From Planctomycetota bacterium (GTDB lineage Bacteria; Planctomycetota; UBA11346), in the NCBI GenBank assembly GCA_038213805.1, contig JBBQSO010000003.1:63648-127647 (forward strand): a stretch of 64,000 nucleotides of DNA. The letters run 5' to 3'. Under the pieces are notes generated by a model. It did not search any database and was not told the DNA's origin. It was given only the letters and a program-made list of their open reading frames with translations. Shown here one piece after another: positions 10,154 through 19,394 of this stretch (within the stretch, counting starts at the first letter, position 1; each line of letters opens with the position of its first letter). The position numbers and the translations under genes are program-made.

Positions 10154-11185
10154 CCCGGGTTGCGCGGAGCTCAACCCCCACCACGCCTCCACCACCTGCG
10201 CGACGGAGATGCCGTCCATGTGGTGGTGCGCCGCCCATCCCGCCTCGCCGTCGGGTGCCGGCGCGCCCGGCGGGCCGGTGACCACTGCCACCGGTGAACT
10301 GCGCGAGAGCGGTCCGTTGGTGCGCGGATCGGTCTGACCGAACAGCACCACCAGCGGGCAGCCCACCGCCGCCGCGGCGTGCGCCGGGCCGGTGTCGACG
10401 CTGATCATGCTGTGCGCGAGGCGCAGCAGCGCGAGCAGCTGGCGCAGGCCGGTGCGGCCGGCGATCGAGGTCACGCGCGGGTCGCCGCAGGCCGTGACGA
10501 TGCCGGCGACCAGCTCCTGCTCGCCCATGGAGCCGGTCAGCAGCACGCGCGCCTCCGGTTTGTGCACCAGCACCGCGCGGACGGTCTCGACCCAACGGTT
10601 CGTGGGCCACTCCTTGAGGTTGCGGCTGCGCTTCCGCCAACCGCCGCCCATGGTCTTCTTGTTGCCGGCGTGGACCAGCACGACCGGCGCGGCGCCGGCC
10701 TCGGCGGTGAGGAAGGCGCGGGCCGCGGCGCGCTCCTCCGCCGAGGAGAGCAGCTCCGGTACGCGGTCGTAGCCATCCGCGGCGAAGCCGCACACCCGCC
10801 GCTGGTTGTCGACCTGGTGCTCGTTGGGCAGCGTGCCGAGCGCGAAGATGCTGGCGGTGGCGGCGAGGCCGGCGCGCACCGCGAGCGCGGCGCTGCGCTC
10901 GTCGCCGACCATCAAGTAGACCGGGTGGCCGCGGAAGCGGCGCAGGAAGTCGACGAGCCGCCACTGGTCCGGGCTGAACCAGTACGGCGCCTTGCGGCTG
11001 CGCACCGTGGCGATCTCGCCGACGAAGGGCAGGCCACGGTAGAGCTGCGGCACCCAACCTCCGATCGCCGCCACCGCGCACTGGGCACCGTGGCGCGACG
11101 CGAGCGCGCGCAGCGCCGGCACGGTCATGACCATGTCGCCGAGCGCGCCATAGCGGAGGACAAGTGGGGACTGGCGATCGCTCAC
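10112..11185 (-). CDS. Glycosyltransferase family 9 (heptosyltransferase-like)
   Basis: LGDMVMTVPAL, K.WP..RW, ISVDTGPAHAAAAVG and VVLFG motifs; adjacent to the ADP-heptose genes. Confidence 0.92.
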   Translation of the reverse strand: MSDRQSPLVLRYGALGDMVMTVPALRALASRHGAQCAVAAIGGWVPQLYRGLPFVGEIATVRSRKAPYWFSPDQWRLVDFLRRFRGHPVYLMVGDERSAALAVRAGLAATASIFALGTLPNEHQVDNQRRVCGFAADGYDRVPELLSSAEERAAARAFLTAEAGAAPVVLVHAGNKKTMGGGWRKRSRNLKEWPTNRWVETVRAVLVHKPEARVLLTGSMGEQELVAGIVTACGDPRVTSIAGRTGLRQLLALLRLAHSMISVDTGPAHAAAAVGCPLVVLFGQTDPRTNGPLSRSSPVAVVTGPPGAPAPDGEAGWAAHHHMDGISVAQVVEAWWGLSSAQPGPEVRKSGSPEVSR

Positions 11186-11243
11186 GGGTCGGCAGTTTCC
11201 CGCCGACCGCGGGGGCGCAATTGGAAAAGCCTGCGCCCGCCGC

Positions 11244-11762
11244 TCAATTCACGTAGTTCGCGACCCAGCCGGCGGGATCGAGGAAGATGCGGATCGCGGT
11301 GATCTGGCGGTCGTCGCAGAGCGTGAACAGGTGGTGGTAGTTGGCCGGCACGGTGATGAAGTCGCCGGGATGCAGCTCGGCGTCGATGGGATCGCCACCG
11401 CCGTCCGGGAAGAGCGTGAACACGCCGCGGCCCTGGACGATGAAGCGCACCTCGTCGTCGGTGTGCAGGTGCTTCTTGTCGAACTTGGCGAGCATGACGT
11501 CGAGGTTCGGAGTCTCGGGATAGAGCGTCACGACGTCAGCAGTCTTGTAGCCGCGCTCGCGCTTGAGGCGGGCGATGTCCGGATCGAAGGCGGTCAGCAC
11601 CTGCTGCTTCTCGACGTCGCTCAGGCTGCGGCTGGCGAGGTTGGCGGGCAGGCGCGTGGTGCCCCAGCGCTCGTAGACCACGCCGACCTTGCCGAGGGTC
11701 TGTTCAATGCCCGGCTGGTCCGAGATGACGTGCTTGGTCTGACGGTAGCGGAGGATGGCCAT
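11244..11762 (-). CDS. mtnD: Acireductone dioxygenase (cupin)
   Basis: GV.YERW, H.HTDDEVRF...GRG.F, PGDFITVPA...H.F. Start set at ATG 11762, which follows GGAG. Confidence 0.9.
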   Translation of the reverse strand: MAILRYRQTKHVISDQPGIEQTLGKVGVVYERWGTTRLPANLASRSLSDVEKQQVLTAFDPDIARLKRERGYKTADVVTLYPETPNLDVMLAKFDKKHLHTDDEVRFIVQGRGVFTLFPDGGGDPIDAELHPGDFITVPANYHHLFTLCDDRQITAIRIFLDPAGWVANYVN

Positions 11763-11892
11763 GTGCGGGCTCCAGGTGCGGATAGAGATCATAGCCGATG
11801 CGCGACGTGGTCCAGGGGCAATCCCCGCGGCCCCGTGCGGGCCCGCGCGCGCACCGACATGTGCGGGCTCTAGCGCGTGCTACGCTGAGGGC

Positions 11893-13950
11893 ATGGACGC
11901 CGGGACCTCGTTGCGCTTCCTGCCTGGCGTGGGCCCGGCCCGCGCCGCGGCGCTGGCCGAGGCCGGCCTGCACGACGTCTGGGATCTTCTGCATGCGCTG
12001 CCGCGGTGCCTCGGTCCGCCACCGCCGCTGGTCGAGAGCGGGGCCATCCCCGCCGCCACCGCGGTGCGGCTGCGCGCGCGCGTGCTCAGCGCCCGGCCGG
12101 TCTTCGGCGGTGGCCGCGGGCGCGGCATGGGCCTCGAGGCGCTGCTTGAGCGCGCCGACGGCTACGCGCTCAAGGCGCGCTTCTTCAACGCCGGGTACCT
12201 GCGCCGCCACCTGCTGCCCGGCGAATGGTACCTATGGGAAGGTCGCAGCGACGCGGAGAAGGCCGCGGTGCTGCTGCACCCGTCCTTCGTCCACCTGAAG
12301 CAGGGCGCGGACGAACAGCCGCCCGCTGAGGCCGCCTGCCGGGTCGCCTACCGCGCCGTCGCGGGCGTTTCCGAACGCACCCTGGTCGCGCTGGTCGACG
12401 CGGCGCTGGAGGGCACGCTGGACCATCTCGCCGATCCGGCCGGCAGCGACGACGTCGGCCACCGCCGCGCGCTACTCACGCTGCACCGTCCGGAGTCGGC
12501 CGCCGCCTATGAGGAAGCCCGCCGCGCGCTGGCCGCGCGCGAACTGCTCGCCCTTGCCTGGCGCATGCAGGCGCGGCGCAGTGCGCAGGTCGGCATGCCC
12601 GGACGCGCCTGGCGCTGGGACGACGCCATCCATGCCCGCGCCCTGGCGCGCCTGCCCTTCGCCCTGACCGCCGGGCAGGCGGAGGCTCTGGCCGCGCTGC
12701 GCACCGACCTGCGCGCCGCCCAGCCGATGTACCGGCTGCTGCAGGGCGACGTCGGCAGCGGCAAGACCGCGCTCGCGCTGCTCGCCAGCCTGGCGGTGAT
12801 CGCCGATGGCGCGCAGGCGCTGTGGTGCGCGCCGACCGCGGTGCTCGCGAGCCAGCACCACGCCTTCGCCGCGCGCTGCCTGGTCGGGACGCGCGTGCGC
12901 ACCGGTCTGCTTACCGGCGGCACGCCGGCGGCCGAGCGCGCGCAGCTGCTCTCCGATCTCGCGGCGCGCCGCCTCGACCTGCTCATCGGCACCCACGCGC
13001 TGCTTGGCGAGGCGGTAGAGGCCGCGGAGCTCGGCCTGGTGGTGATCGACGAACAGCACAAATTCGGCGTCGCCCAGCGCGCCGCGCTGGTCAACCGCGC
13101 GGCGCAGCACCAGGGCTGGGCGCCCGACCTGCTGCTGCTGACCGCCACGCCCATCCCGCGCACCCTGGCGTTGACCGCCTTTGGCGACCTCGAGGTCGCG
13201 CGCATCGCCGGCCGGCCGCCCGGACGCAGCGCGGTCGCCACCGCGCTCTTCCGCGCGGCCGGTGCGACGCAGCTTGCCGCGCCGCTGCGCGCCGCGATCG
13301 CAGCCGGCGGCCAGGCCTACGTGATCTGCCCGCTGCGCGAAGACGCGTCCGAGGCGGGCGATGACGATGTGGCCCCAGTCGCCGACGCCACCTCGGTCAC
13401 GCGCGCCTTGGCAAAGACCTGTCCCGAGCTGGCCATCGGTCTGCTGCACGGAGCCCTGCCCGAACGCGAAAAACTCGCGCTGATGGCGGAGTTCGCCGCC
13501 GGCCAGCTGCACGTGTTGGTCGCGACCAGTGTCATCGAGGTCGGCATCGACGTGGCGGGCGCGACGCTGATCGCAGTACTCGACGCGGAACGCTTCGGCC
13601 TGGCCCAGCTCCACCAGCTGCGTGGCCGGGTCGGACGCGGAACCATGCCGGGACGCTGCCTGCTCTGCCACCGCGCTACCGAGGCGCCCGAGCGCCTACA
13701 GATCCTGCTGGCGAGCGACGACGGCCTCGCCATCGCCACCGCCGACCTCGCCGCCCGCGGCCCCGGCGCGCTGCTCGGCACTGCCCAGCACGGCGCCTTG
13801 GCACTGCGCTGCGCCGACCTGGTGCGCGACCTCGACCTGCTCCAGGACGCCCACGCCGAGGCGCGCCGGCGCACCGCCGCGGGCGAGGCCATGCCACCGG
13901 GGCTGGCACGACTGCTGACGGGCGGGTCGGGGCTTCTCGCTGGCGGGTGA
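11893..13950 (+). CDS. recG: ATP-dependent DNA helicase RecG
   Basis: LLQGDVGSGKT, IDEQHKFG, TATPIPRTLA, DAERFGLAQLHQLRGRVGRG. Start set at MDAGTSLRFLPGVGP. Confidence 0.95.
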   Translation: MDAGTSLRFLPGVGPARAAALAEAGLHDVWDLLHALPRCLGPPPPLVESGAIPAATAVRLRARVLSARPVFGGGRGRGMGLEALLERADGYALKARFFNAGYLRRHLLPGEWYLWEGRSDAEKAAVLLHPSFVHLKQGADEQPPAEAACRVAYRAVAGVSERTLVALVDAALEGTLDHLADPAGSDDVGHRRALLTLHRPESAAAYEEARRALAARELLALAWRMQARRSAQVGMPGRAWRWDDAIHARALARLPFALTAGQAEALAALRTDLRAAQPMYRLLQGDVGSGKTALALLASLAVIADGAQALWCAPTAVLASQHHAFAARCLVGTRVRTGLLTGGTPAAERAQLLSDLAARRLDLLIGTHALLGEAVEAAELGLVVIDEQHKFGVAQRAALVNRAAQHQGWAPDLLLLTATPIPRTLALTAFGDLEVARIAGRPPGRSAVATALFRAAGATQLAAPLRAAIAAGGQAYVICPLREDASEAGDDDVAPVADATSVTRALAKTCPELAIGLLHGALPEREKLALMAEFAAGQLHVLVATSVIEVGIDVAGATLIAVLDAERFGLAQLHQLRGRVGRGTMPGRCLLCHRATEAPERLQILLASDDGLAIATADLAARGPGALLGTAQHGALALRCADLVRDLDLLQDAHAEARRRTAAGEAMPPGLARLLTGGSGLLAGG

Positions 13951-14123
13951 AGCGTCAGACAGGTGACATCGTCGAGTTGCCAGGTTGAGATGCGTGCTGA
14001 ATGAGGAATGCACGAGCCACCACTGCAGCCGTGCGGGTTGCGCCGCCAGGCGTGCGCACCTCAAATCCTCAGACCTGCGTTGGTCTGCTCGCGACGAGTC
14101 GGTTCTCGCGCTGCGCAGTCACG

Positions 14124-14918
14124 TCAGCGGTTGCCCGCCCCCGGCGGAATGACCCGGACCCGGTACTGGACCTCGCCCTCGTACGCCTGCAACCCGCCAG
14201 CCTGCCGTGCGATGTACAGCCCGACGCCGAGGGTGTCCTTGCTCAACGTCATCACGAACGGCTTGTCCACGGTTCCCGTCGGCACGTTCGCGAGGGTCGC
14301 GGGATCGGTCTGGGAATCGGCGATGATCACCTGATTGCCGGGCACGGTGGCGGGGTCGTCCGGACTTTCGAGTTCGGTGGTGCTCCTGCGTCGGCTGGTC
14401 CACTTGCCGGCGACGTACTGGACAATGATGATGGTGCCGGCGCGCAGATTGCCGATCCCTGCGCCTACGCCGCGCGCGGCGGGGACCCTGATCAGTTTGG
14501 CGCCGGTCATGTCGATGCGCGGCTCGGTCGGCTTGACCGCCGCCGCCGTGCTGGCGGTGGTGCGACCATCACCGAGCAGCGGGCCCTTCTGGGTGGCGAC
14601 CTCAAGGAGCGCCTCGTCGAGCTGGCCGTTGGCGCCCAACCAGCGGCGCGCCTCGTCGTTGGCCGGCTCGAGCGCCAGGACCAGCTTCCACACCGCGCCG
14701 GCGCTCACACTCGGCTCGCGTTTGGCCTGCGCGACCAGGGCGATGAGGGCGCGCGCGCGCTCCTTGCCCAGGCCCTCGTCGTAGGACTGCTGGAGCTTGG
14801 CCGCAGCGTCAGCATAGCGTGCGAGCTCGTCCTCGATCGGATCAGCGGCCGCCGCGTGCTGGGCGAGCGCGATGGGCAGCAGGAAGAGGGCGAGAAGCAG
14901 CGTCCGCGTGCAGCTCAT
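14124..14918 (-). CDS. Secreted hypothetical protein (paralogue of 14915..15700)
   Basis: Signal peptide and clear similarity to the neighbouring ORF. Confidence 0.8.
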   Translation of the reverse strand: MSCTRTLLLALFLLPIALAQHAAAADPIEDELARYADAAAKLQQSYDEGLGKERARALIALVAQAKREPSVSAGAVWKLVLALEPANDEARRWLGANGQLDEALLEVATQKGPLLGDGRTTASTAAAVKPTEPRIDMTGAKLIRVPAARGVGAGIGNLRAGTIIIVQYVAGKWTSRRRSTTELESPDDPATVPGNQVIIADSQTDPATLANVPTGTVDKPFVMTLSKDTLGVGLYIARQAGGLQAYEGEVQYRVRVIPPGAGNR

Positions 14919-15700
14919 GGGTTCTGCACCTGGATGCGGTAGCGGATCTCGCCATGCGCGTCACCCGGCACGACGTCGAGGTTGATGCCCAGGTAGATGC
15001 GCTCGCACGCGCTTTTGAGGCGCAGCGCATAGGGCATTTGCGCGGTCCCCGCCGGCAGTACGGCAAGGATGCTCTCGCTGCCGTCCTGTGAGCCGGTGAC
15101 ACGGACGTGCAGCGGCGTCGGAGTCTCGCTCAGGTCCGGGCTGCGCGCCTTGCCCTTGACCGGCGACCAGCCACCGTCGACGTACTGGAAGACCAAGGTG
15201 GTGCCAGCGGCCAGCGGTCCAAGCACGCCCTTGGCGTTGGGTTCGGGGGCGATGGTGAACTGCTCGCCCACCAGCGGCGGGGCGGCAGCAGTCGGTGTAC
15301 CGGCCGGGGTGGCCTTCACATCCACCGGCACCGCACCGTCCGCCGACTTCGCCGAGACCACACCGGACCCGGCCGGATCGCCATCCGTGCTGTCAAGCGC
15401 GGCGAGCACGGCATCGAGCGTGCCCTGGGCCTGGAAGTAGCGCCGCGCCTCAGCGTTGGTGTTGTCGAGGACCAGCACCCCCTGCCAGGCCATCGCCGCC
15501 GCTGCCGGAGTGGCGGCGCGCTTCGCGAGGGCGGCGAGACTGCCCACGGTGCGGACCTTCTCCTTGGCCACGCTGTCGTCATAGGCGCGGCGCAGTTTGG
15601 TGGCCGCGTCGTTGTAGCGCAGGACCTCCTTGTCGGACGCGTCGGATGCCCCCGCGACGCCGGCAAGGAGGAGCAATCCGATCAGCACCGGGCAGCGCAT
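14915..15700 (-). CDS. Secreted hypothetical protein (paralogue of 14124..14918)
   Basis: Start set at ATG 15700 (MRCPVLIGLLLLAGVAGA signal peptide). 4-nt overlap with the downstream paralogue. Confidence 0.8.
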   Translation of the reverse strand: MRCPVLIGLLLLAGVAGASDASDKEVLRYNDAATKLRRAYDDSVAKEKVRTVGSLAALAKRAATPAAAAMAWQGVLVLDNTNAEARRYFQAQGTLDAVLAALDSTDGDPAGSGVVSAKSADGAVPVDVKATPAGTPTAAAPPLVGEQFTIAPEPNAKGVLGPLAAGTTLVFQYVDGGWSPVKGKARSPDLSETPTPLHVRVTGSQDGSESILAVLPAGTAQMPYALRLKSACERIYLGINLDVVPGDAHGEIRYRIQVQNP

Positions 15701-15878
15701 CGCCTCAGCCTTGGGCGGCGCACAGCGCCAGCGTGGACATGGAAATCGGGCAGGCAGGAGATGCTGGACAGGGCATGGACGGATCCACAGGTGCAGGGGC
15801 GATCCTAGGTGGCCATCCGCCACGGGAAGACGTTCCTTGCATTCCTTACCAGCCGTGGGGGATACGGCCGTTCCGACC

Positions 15879-16304
15879 ATGACCAGCATCCCCACCGACC
15901 AGCCCGAATATGCGTGCGCCGTCCTGACCGCCGGACCCGGCCGCATCCTCCTCCACCTGCGGCCCGGCGACGCCACGCGGGCGGCCAATCACCTGACCTG
16001 CTTCGGTGGCCACCGCGAGGCCCGTGAGGACGCCCGCGCCTGCGTGGCCCGGGAGCTGGGCGAGGAACTCGGCTGGTCACCAACCTGTATCGGTGACGTG
16101 GCTTGCGACCTTCACCGCGGCCCACGCTGGATCGCACGCTTCTTCCACGTGGCCCTCACCGTGCCCATGACCCACCTGCGCCCCGCCCCAGGCCACCGCC
16201 CGCTGGCGGTGCCCTGGAAGGCCCTCCCCGGCCTACCGGTCAGTCCGTGGCACCAGCAGGCCCTGGCCGCGGTCCTGCGCGGGGTCGCCGTGATCCACGT
16301 TTGA
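15879..16304 (+). CDS. NUDIX hydrolase
   Basis: Nudix box GGHREAREDARACVARELGEELG. Start set at ATG 15879. Confidence 0.82.
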   Translation: MTSIPTDQPEYACAVLTAGPGRILLHLRPGDATRAANHLTCFGGHREAREDARACVARELGEELGWSPTCIGDVACDLHRGPRWIARFFHVALTVPMTHLRPAPGHRPLAVPWKALPGLPVSPWHQQALAAVLRGVAVIHV

Positions 16305-16320
16305 AATGGACGAAGGCACT

Positions 16321-16394
16321 GAGCACGAGGTGCGACGTCACGTTCCACGACCGGCAACCTGTCAGACGCCCCCGTAGCGAGGCGAGCGTCGCGC
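16321..16394 (+). ncRNA. Candidate guanidine-III (ykkC-III)-like riboswitch aptamer with an elongated linker
   Basis: P1 GAGC/GTTC encloses ACGAGGTGCGACGTCAC and is followed by CACGAC. A 9-bp pseudoknot is possible between 16330-16338 and 16386-16394. Compared with the ykkC-III architecture from memory, not by covariance search. Confidence 0.6.
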
Positions 16395-16402
16395 TTTTTT
16401 TT
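16376..16402 (+). terminator. Intrinsic terminator
   Basis: Hairpin AGCGAGGC-GAGC-GTCGCGCT (one mismatch, one G-U pair) running into a T tract that ends at 16402. Confidence 0.65.
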
Positions 16403-16522
16403 AGCCGGTAGCCCGTAGCTCGAAACCCAAGCCCACTCCCTGCTACCTCGCACCCACCCCGCCTGCCGCTCCCCACCCGATGGCTTCCTGATGCCCAGCG
16501 GGCGGCTACCTTTCATCCGCCC

Positions 16523-17374
16523 ATGCTCCCCCTGCGCATCGTGCTGCCCACCTACAACCGCCGCGCGGTCCTGGAACGCACCCTGCCCGCCTACTTGGCG
16601 ATGCCCCACCCTTTGCTGGTGATCGATGATGGCTCGCAGGATGGCACATCAGCGTGGCTGCGTGGGCAGGGTGTGGCGGTGGTCGCGCACCCGCGGCGGC
16701 TGGGCTTGACCGCGGCGCGCAACACCGGTCTGGAGCTGGCGGGCTCGACCTGGGTGCTGTTCGGCGAGGACGACGTGCTGATGCCGCCTGACCATGGCGA
16801 CCGCTTGCTCGCCGAGGCGGAACGCCTGGGCCGTAGCGTGCCCCCGCCGGGCGCGGTGGCGGGGCGGTTGTTCGCCGGTGAAGACTGGACGTTGCCAGCA
16901 CCGATGCCCGCGGACCAGCCGGCCGCGCTGCTCGACGCGCACTGGCTGCTCGGCAATTTCGCCGCCCCGCTCAGGACGGCGCGCCCGTTGCCCAGCCTGC
17001 ACGCCTGCGCGTTGGTGCGGCGTGCCGCCGCGCTGGAGATCGGCGGCTACGATCGCACTTTCAGAGACAGCGCCTTCCGCGAAGAATCGGATTTCTACGC
17101 CCGCCTGTGGCACGCAGGCCACCCCTGCTGGCTGACGCCCGCGACCTGGGCGGTGCACGTGCGCCACCGCTTGGGCGGCGGTTGCCGCGGCGATCGCCGC
17201 GTAGCGGCCAAACTCGCGAACCGCTGGAGCTACTGGCGCAACAACGCGCGCTTCCTCGACCGCCACCGCCGCCTGTGGCAGCGCTGGGACACCCAGGCCG
17301 CCTGCGGCAGTCCCAAGGGCCGCTGGGCCGGGCGCATCGCCGTTCGCGCGCTCCAGGCGTGGCGCAGTCCATGA
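16523..17374 (+). CDS. Glycosyltransferase family 2
   Basis: VLPTYNR, IDDGSQD, ARNTG, GEDD, GGYD..F...AFREESD. Confidence 0.9.
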   Translation: MLPLRIVLPTYNRRAVLERTLPAYLAMPHPLLVIDDGSQDGTSAWLRGQGVAVVAHPRRLGLTAARNTGLELAGSTWVLFGEDDVLMPPDHGDRLLAEAERLGRSVPPPGAVAGRLFAGEDWTLPAPMPADQPAALLDAHWLLGNFAAPLRTARPLPSLHACALVRRAAALEIGGYDRTFRDSAFREESDFYARLWHAGHPCWLTPATWAVHVRHRLGGGCRGDRRVAAKLANRWSYWRNNARFLDRHRRLWQRWDTQAACGSPKGRWAGRIAVRALQAWRSP

Positions 17375-17396
17375 GGCGCGCACCGCGGCCGAGCCG

Positions 17397-18542
17397 ATGA
17401 GCGCCCCGCTACGCATCGCCCTGGTCACGCCAGAGCATCCGGAGTGCGGCCCGTCCTTCGGCGTGGGCGCCTACGTCAGCGCGCTTGCCGGCGTGCTGGC
17501 GGACGCCGGCCACGAGGTGCTGCTGCCGGTCGCCGGGGCGGGCGGTTGGTGGACGGTCGCACCCGGCCAGGCACCGCGGCGCTGGCATGATCCGGGACCC
17601 GCGGCGCTGCGGCCCGCACTGGCGGCACCGTGGCTGCGCGCCCGGCTCGCGGCCTTCGTCCCAGACCTCGTCGAGTACGCCAACTGGGGCGGCCTGGGCG
17701 CTTGCGACCACGGCCCGTGGCGGCGCGTGGTGCGGCTCTCGACGCCGGTCCTGGAGATCCCGCCCGCAGACGTCCTGCGCGCCGCGCTGCGCCCCCTCCA
17801 CCACCTGTGGGAACTGCGCACCGTGCGACGCGCGCACCTGCTCATCGCCAACAGCGCCGCCATGGCCGCGACCTCCGTGGAGTGCTATGGCCGGGAGCCG
17901 CACGCGGTGATCCCACACGCCTGGTGCGGCGCGGTGCTGCCGCCGGTGATGGACGGCGACGAGGTGCTGTTCGTCGGGCGGCTCGAGGCGCGCAAGGGCG
18001 TCGACGTGCTGCTCGCGGCCTGGCAGCGCATCGCGGCGGCGCGCCCGGACCGCACCGGCCTGCGCCTGCACCTGGTCGGCCCCGACGCCGCCGGCTTCGG
18101 CGCGCGCGCGCTGGCGCGCTGGCCCACGGCCACCGTCACCGTGCACGGCCGGCTGATTGGCGCCGAGCTCGCGCTGCTGCGTCGACGCTGCCGGATCCAG
18201 GTGGTGCCGTCGCTGTTCGAGAGCTTCGGCCTGGTCGCGCTCGAGGCCTGGGCGGGCGGCCAAGCGGTGGTGGCCAGCGCCGCGGGCGGCCTCGCCGAGG
18301 TGGTCGGGGACGCCGGTCTGCAGGTCCCCCCCGGCGACGCGGACGCGCTCGCGGACGCGCTCGGCACATTGCTCGACCATCCGGCGCGCGGCGCGGTCCT
18401 GCTCGCGCGCGGCCAGCGCCTGCTGCGCGCTCGCTACACGCCGACCGCCTGGCGCGACGCCACCCTTGCCGCCTACGCCGCGGCGCGCGCGCGGCCCGCC
18501 GCGCTGCGCGGGTGGGCTGGCGCACCGGCGGCAGGAGTCTAA
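17397..18542 (+). CDS. Glycosyltransferase family 4
   Basis: FVGRLEARKG and PSLFESFGLVALEA (EX7E). Confidence 0.92.
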   Translation: MSAPLRIALVTPEHPECGPSFGVGAYVSALAGVLADAGHEVLLPVAGAGGWWTVAPGQAPRRWHDPGPAALRPALAAPWLRARLAAFVPDLVEYANWGGLGACDHGPWRRVVRLSTPVLEIPPADVLRAALRPLHHLWELRTVRRAHLLIANSAAMAATSVECYGREPHAVIPHAWCGAVLPPVMDGDEVLFVGRLEARKGVDVLLAAWQRIAAARPDRTGLRLHLVGPDAAGFGARALARWPTATVTVHGRLIGAELALLRRRCRIQVVPSLFESFGLVALEAWAGGQAVVASAAGGLAEVVGDAGLQVPPGDADALADALGTLLDHPARGAVLLARGQRLLRARYTPTAWRDATLAAYAAARARPAALRGWAGAPAAGV

Positions 18543-18551
18543 GGTCGCCCC

Positions 18552-19394
18552 ATGGCCGAGCCCAGCACCTCCACCCCGCCGCTGACGGTGATCCGCCCGC
18601 AGCAGGGCTGGGCCGATCTCGGCCTGGGCGAGCTGTGGGCGTACCGTGAACTGCTCGGCATGCTGGCCTGGCGCGATCTGGCGGTGCGCTACAAGCAGAC
18701 CGCGCTGGGCGTGCTGTGGGTGGTGCTGCAGCCGTTGGCGATGGTCCTGGTCTTCACTATCGCGCTCGGCCGGATCGCGGTCTTCCGCGATCCGGCGGCG
18801 CCCTACCCGCTGCTGGTCCTGGGCGGGCTGCTACCGTGGATCCTAGTCGCGCGCGGACTGGTCGACGGTGGCGGCGCCCTGAGCGCCAACCAGCGGCTGC
18901 TCGGCAAGGTCTATTTCCCGCGCGCCGCGCTGCCTGCCGCCGCGGTGCTGGCGGCGCTGGCCGATCTGCTCATCGCCTTGGTTCTCGCGCTCGGCGTGCT
19001 GGCGGTGTGGGGCCATCCGCCGGGCACCGCCACCCTGTTGCTTCCCCTTTTGCTAATCCAGACCCTGCTCCTGGCGCTCGGCGTGGGCTGGTGGGTCTCC
19101 GCACTCGACGGGCGCTGGCGGGACGTGCGCCACACCATCCCATTCCTGGCGCAGCTCTGGTTCTTCGCCTCGCCGATCGCTTATCCGCTGGCTGCGGTCG
19201 ACGCGGCTTGGCGCTGGCTGTACATGTTCAATCCGTTGACCGGGCTGGTGGAAGGTTTCCGCTGGTGCCTGCTTGGAGCGCCCGCGCCGCCGGGCGTCCT
19301 GCTGGCCACCTCGGCCTGTCTAGCCGTGGGGCTTGCGGGCTCCGGATTACTGCTCTTCCGCCGCTGGGAGCGCGACCTCGCGGATCACCTATGA
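18552..19394 (+). CDS. wzm: Polysaccharide ABC transporter permease
   Basis: ELWAYRELL...RDL.VRYKQT.LG..W, KVYFPR and NPL..LVEGFR motifs. Confidence 0.93.
   Translation: MAEPSTSTPPLTVIRPQQGWADLGLGELWAYRELLGMLAWRDLAVRYKQTALGVLWVVLQPLAMVLVFTIALGRIAVFRDPAAPYPLLVLGGLLPWILVARGLVDGGGALSANQRLLGKVYFPRAALPAAAVLAALADLLIALVLALGVLAVWGHPPGTATLLLPLLLIQTLLLALGVGWWVSALDGRWRDVRHTIPFLAQLWFFASPIAYPLAAVDAAWRWLYMFNPLTGLVEGFRWCLLGAPAPPGVLLATSACLAVGLAGSGLLLFRRWERDLADHL

Noticed and set aside
13951..14123. Intergenic gap as an ncRNA
   Set aside because: No recognisable motif or convincing stem.
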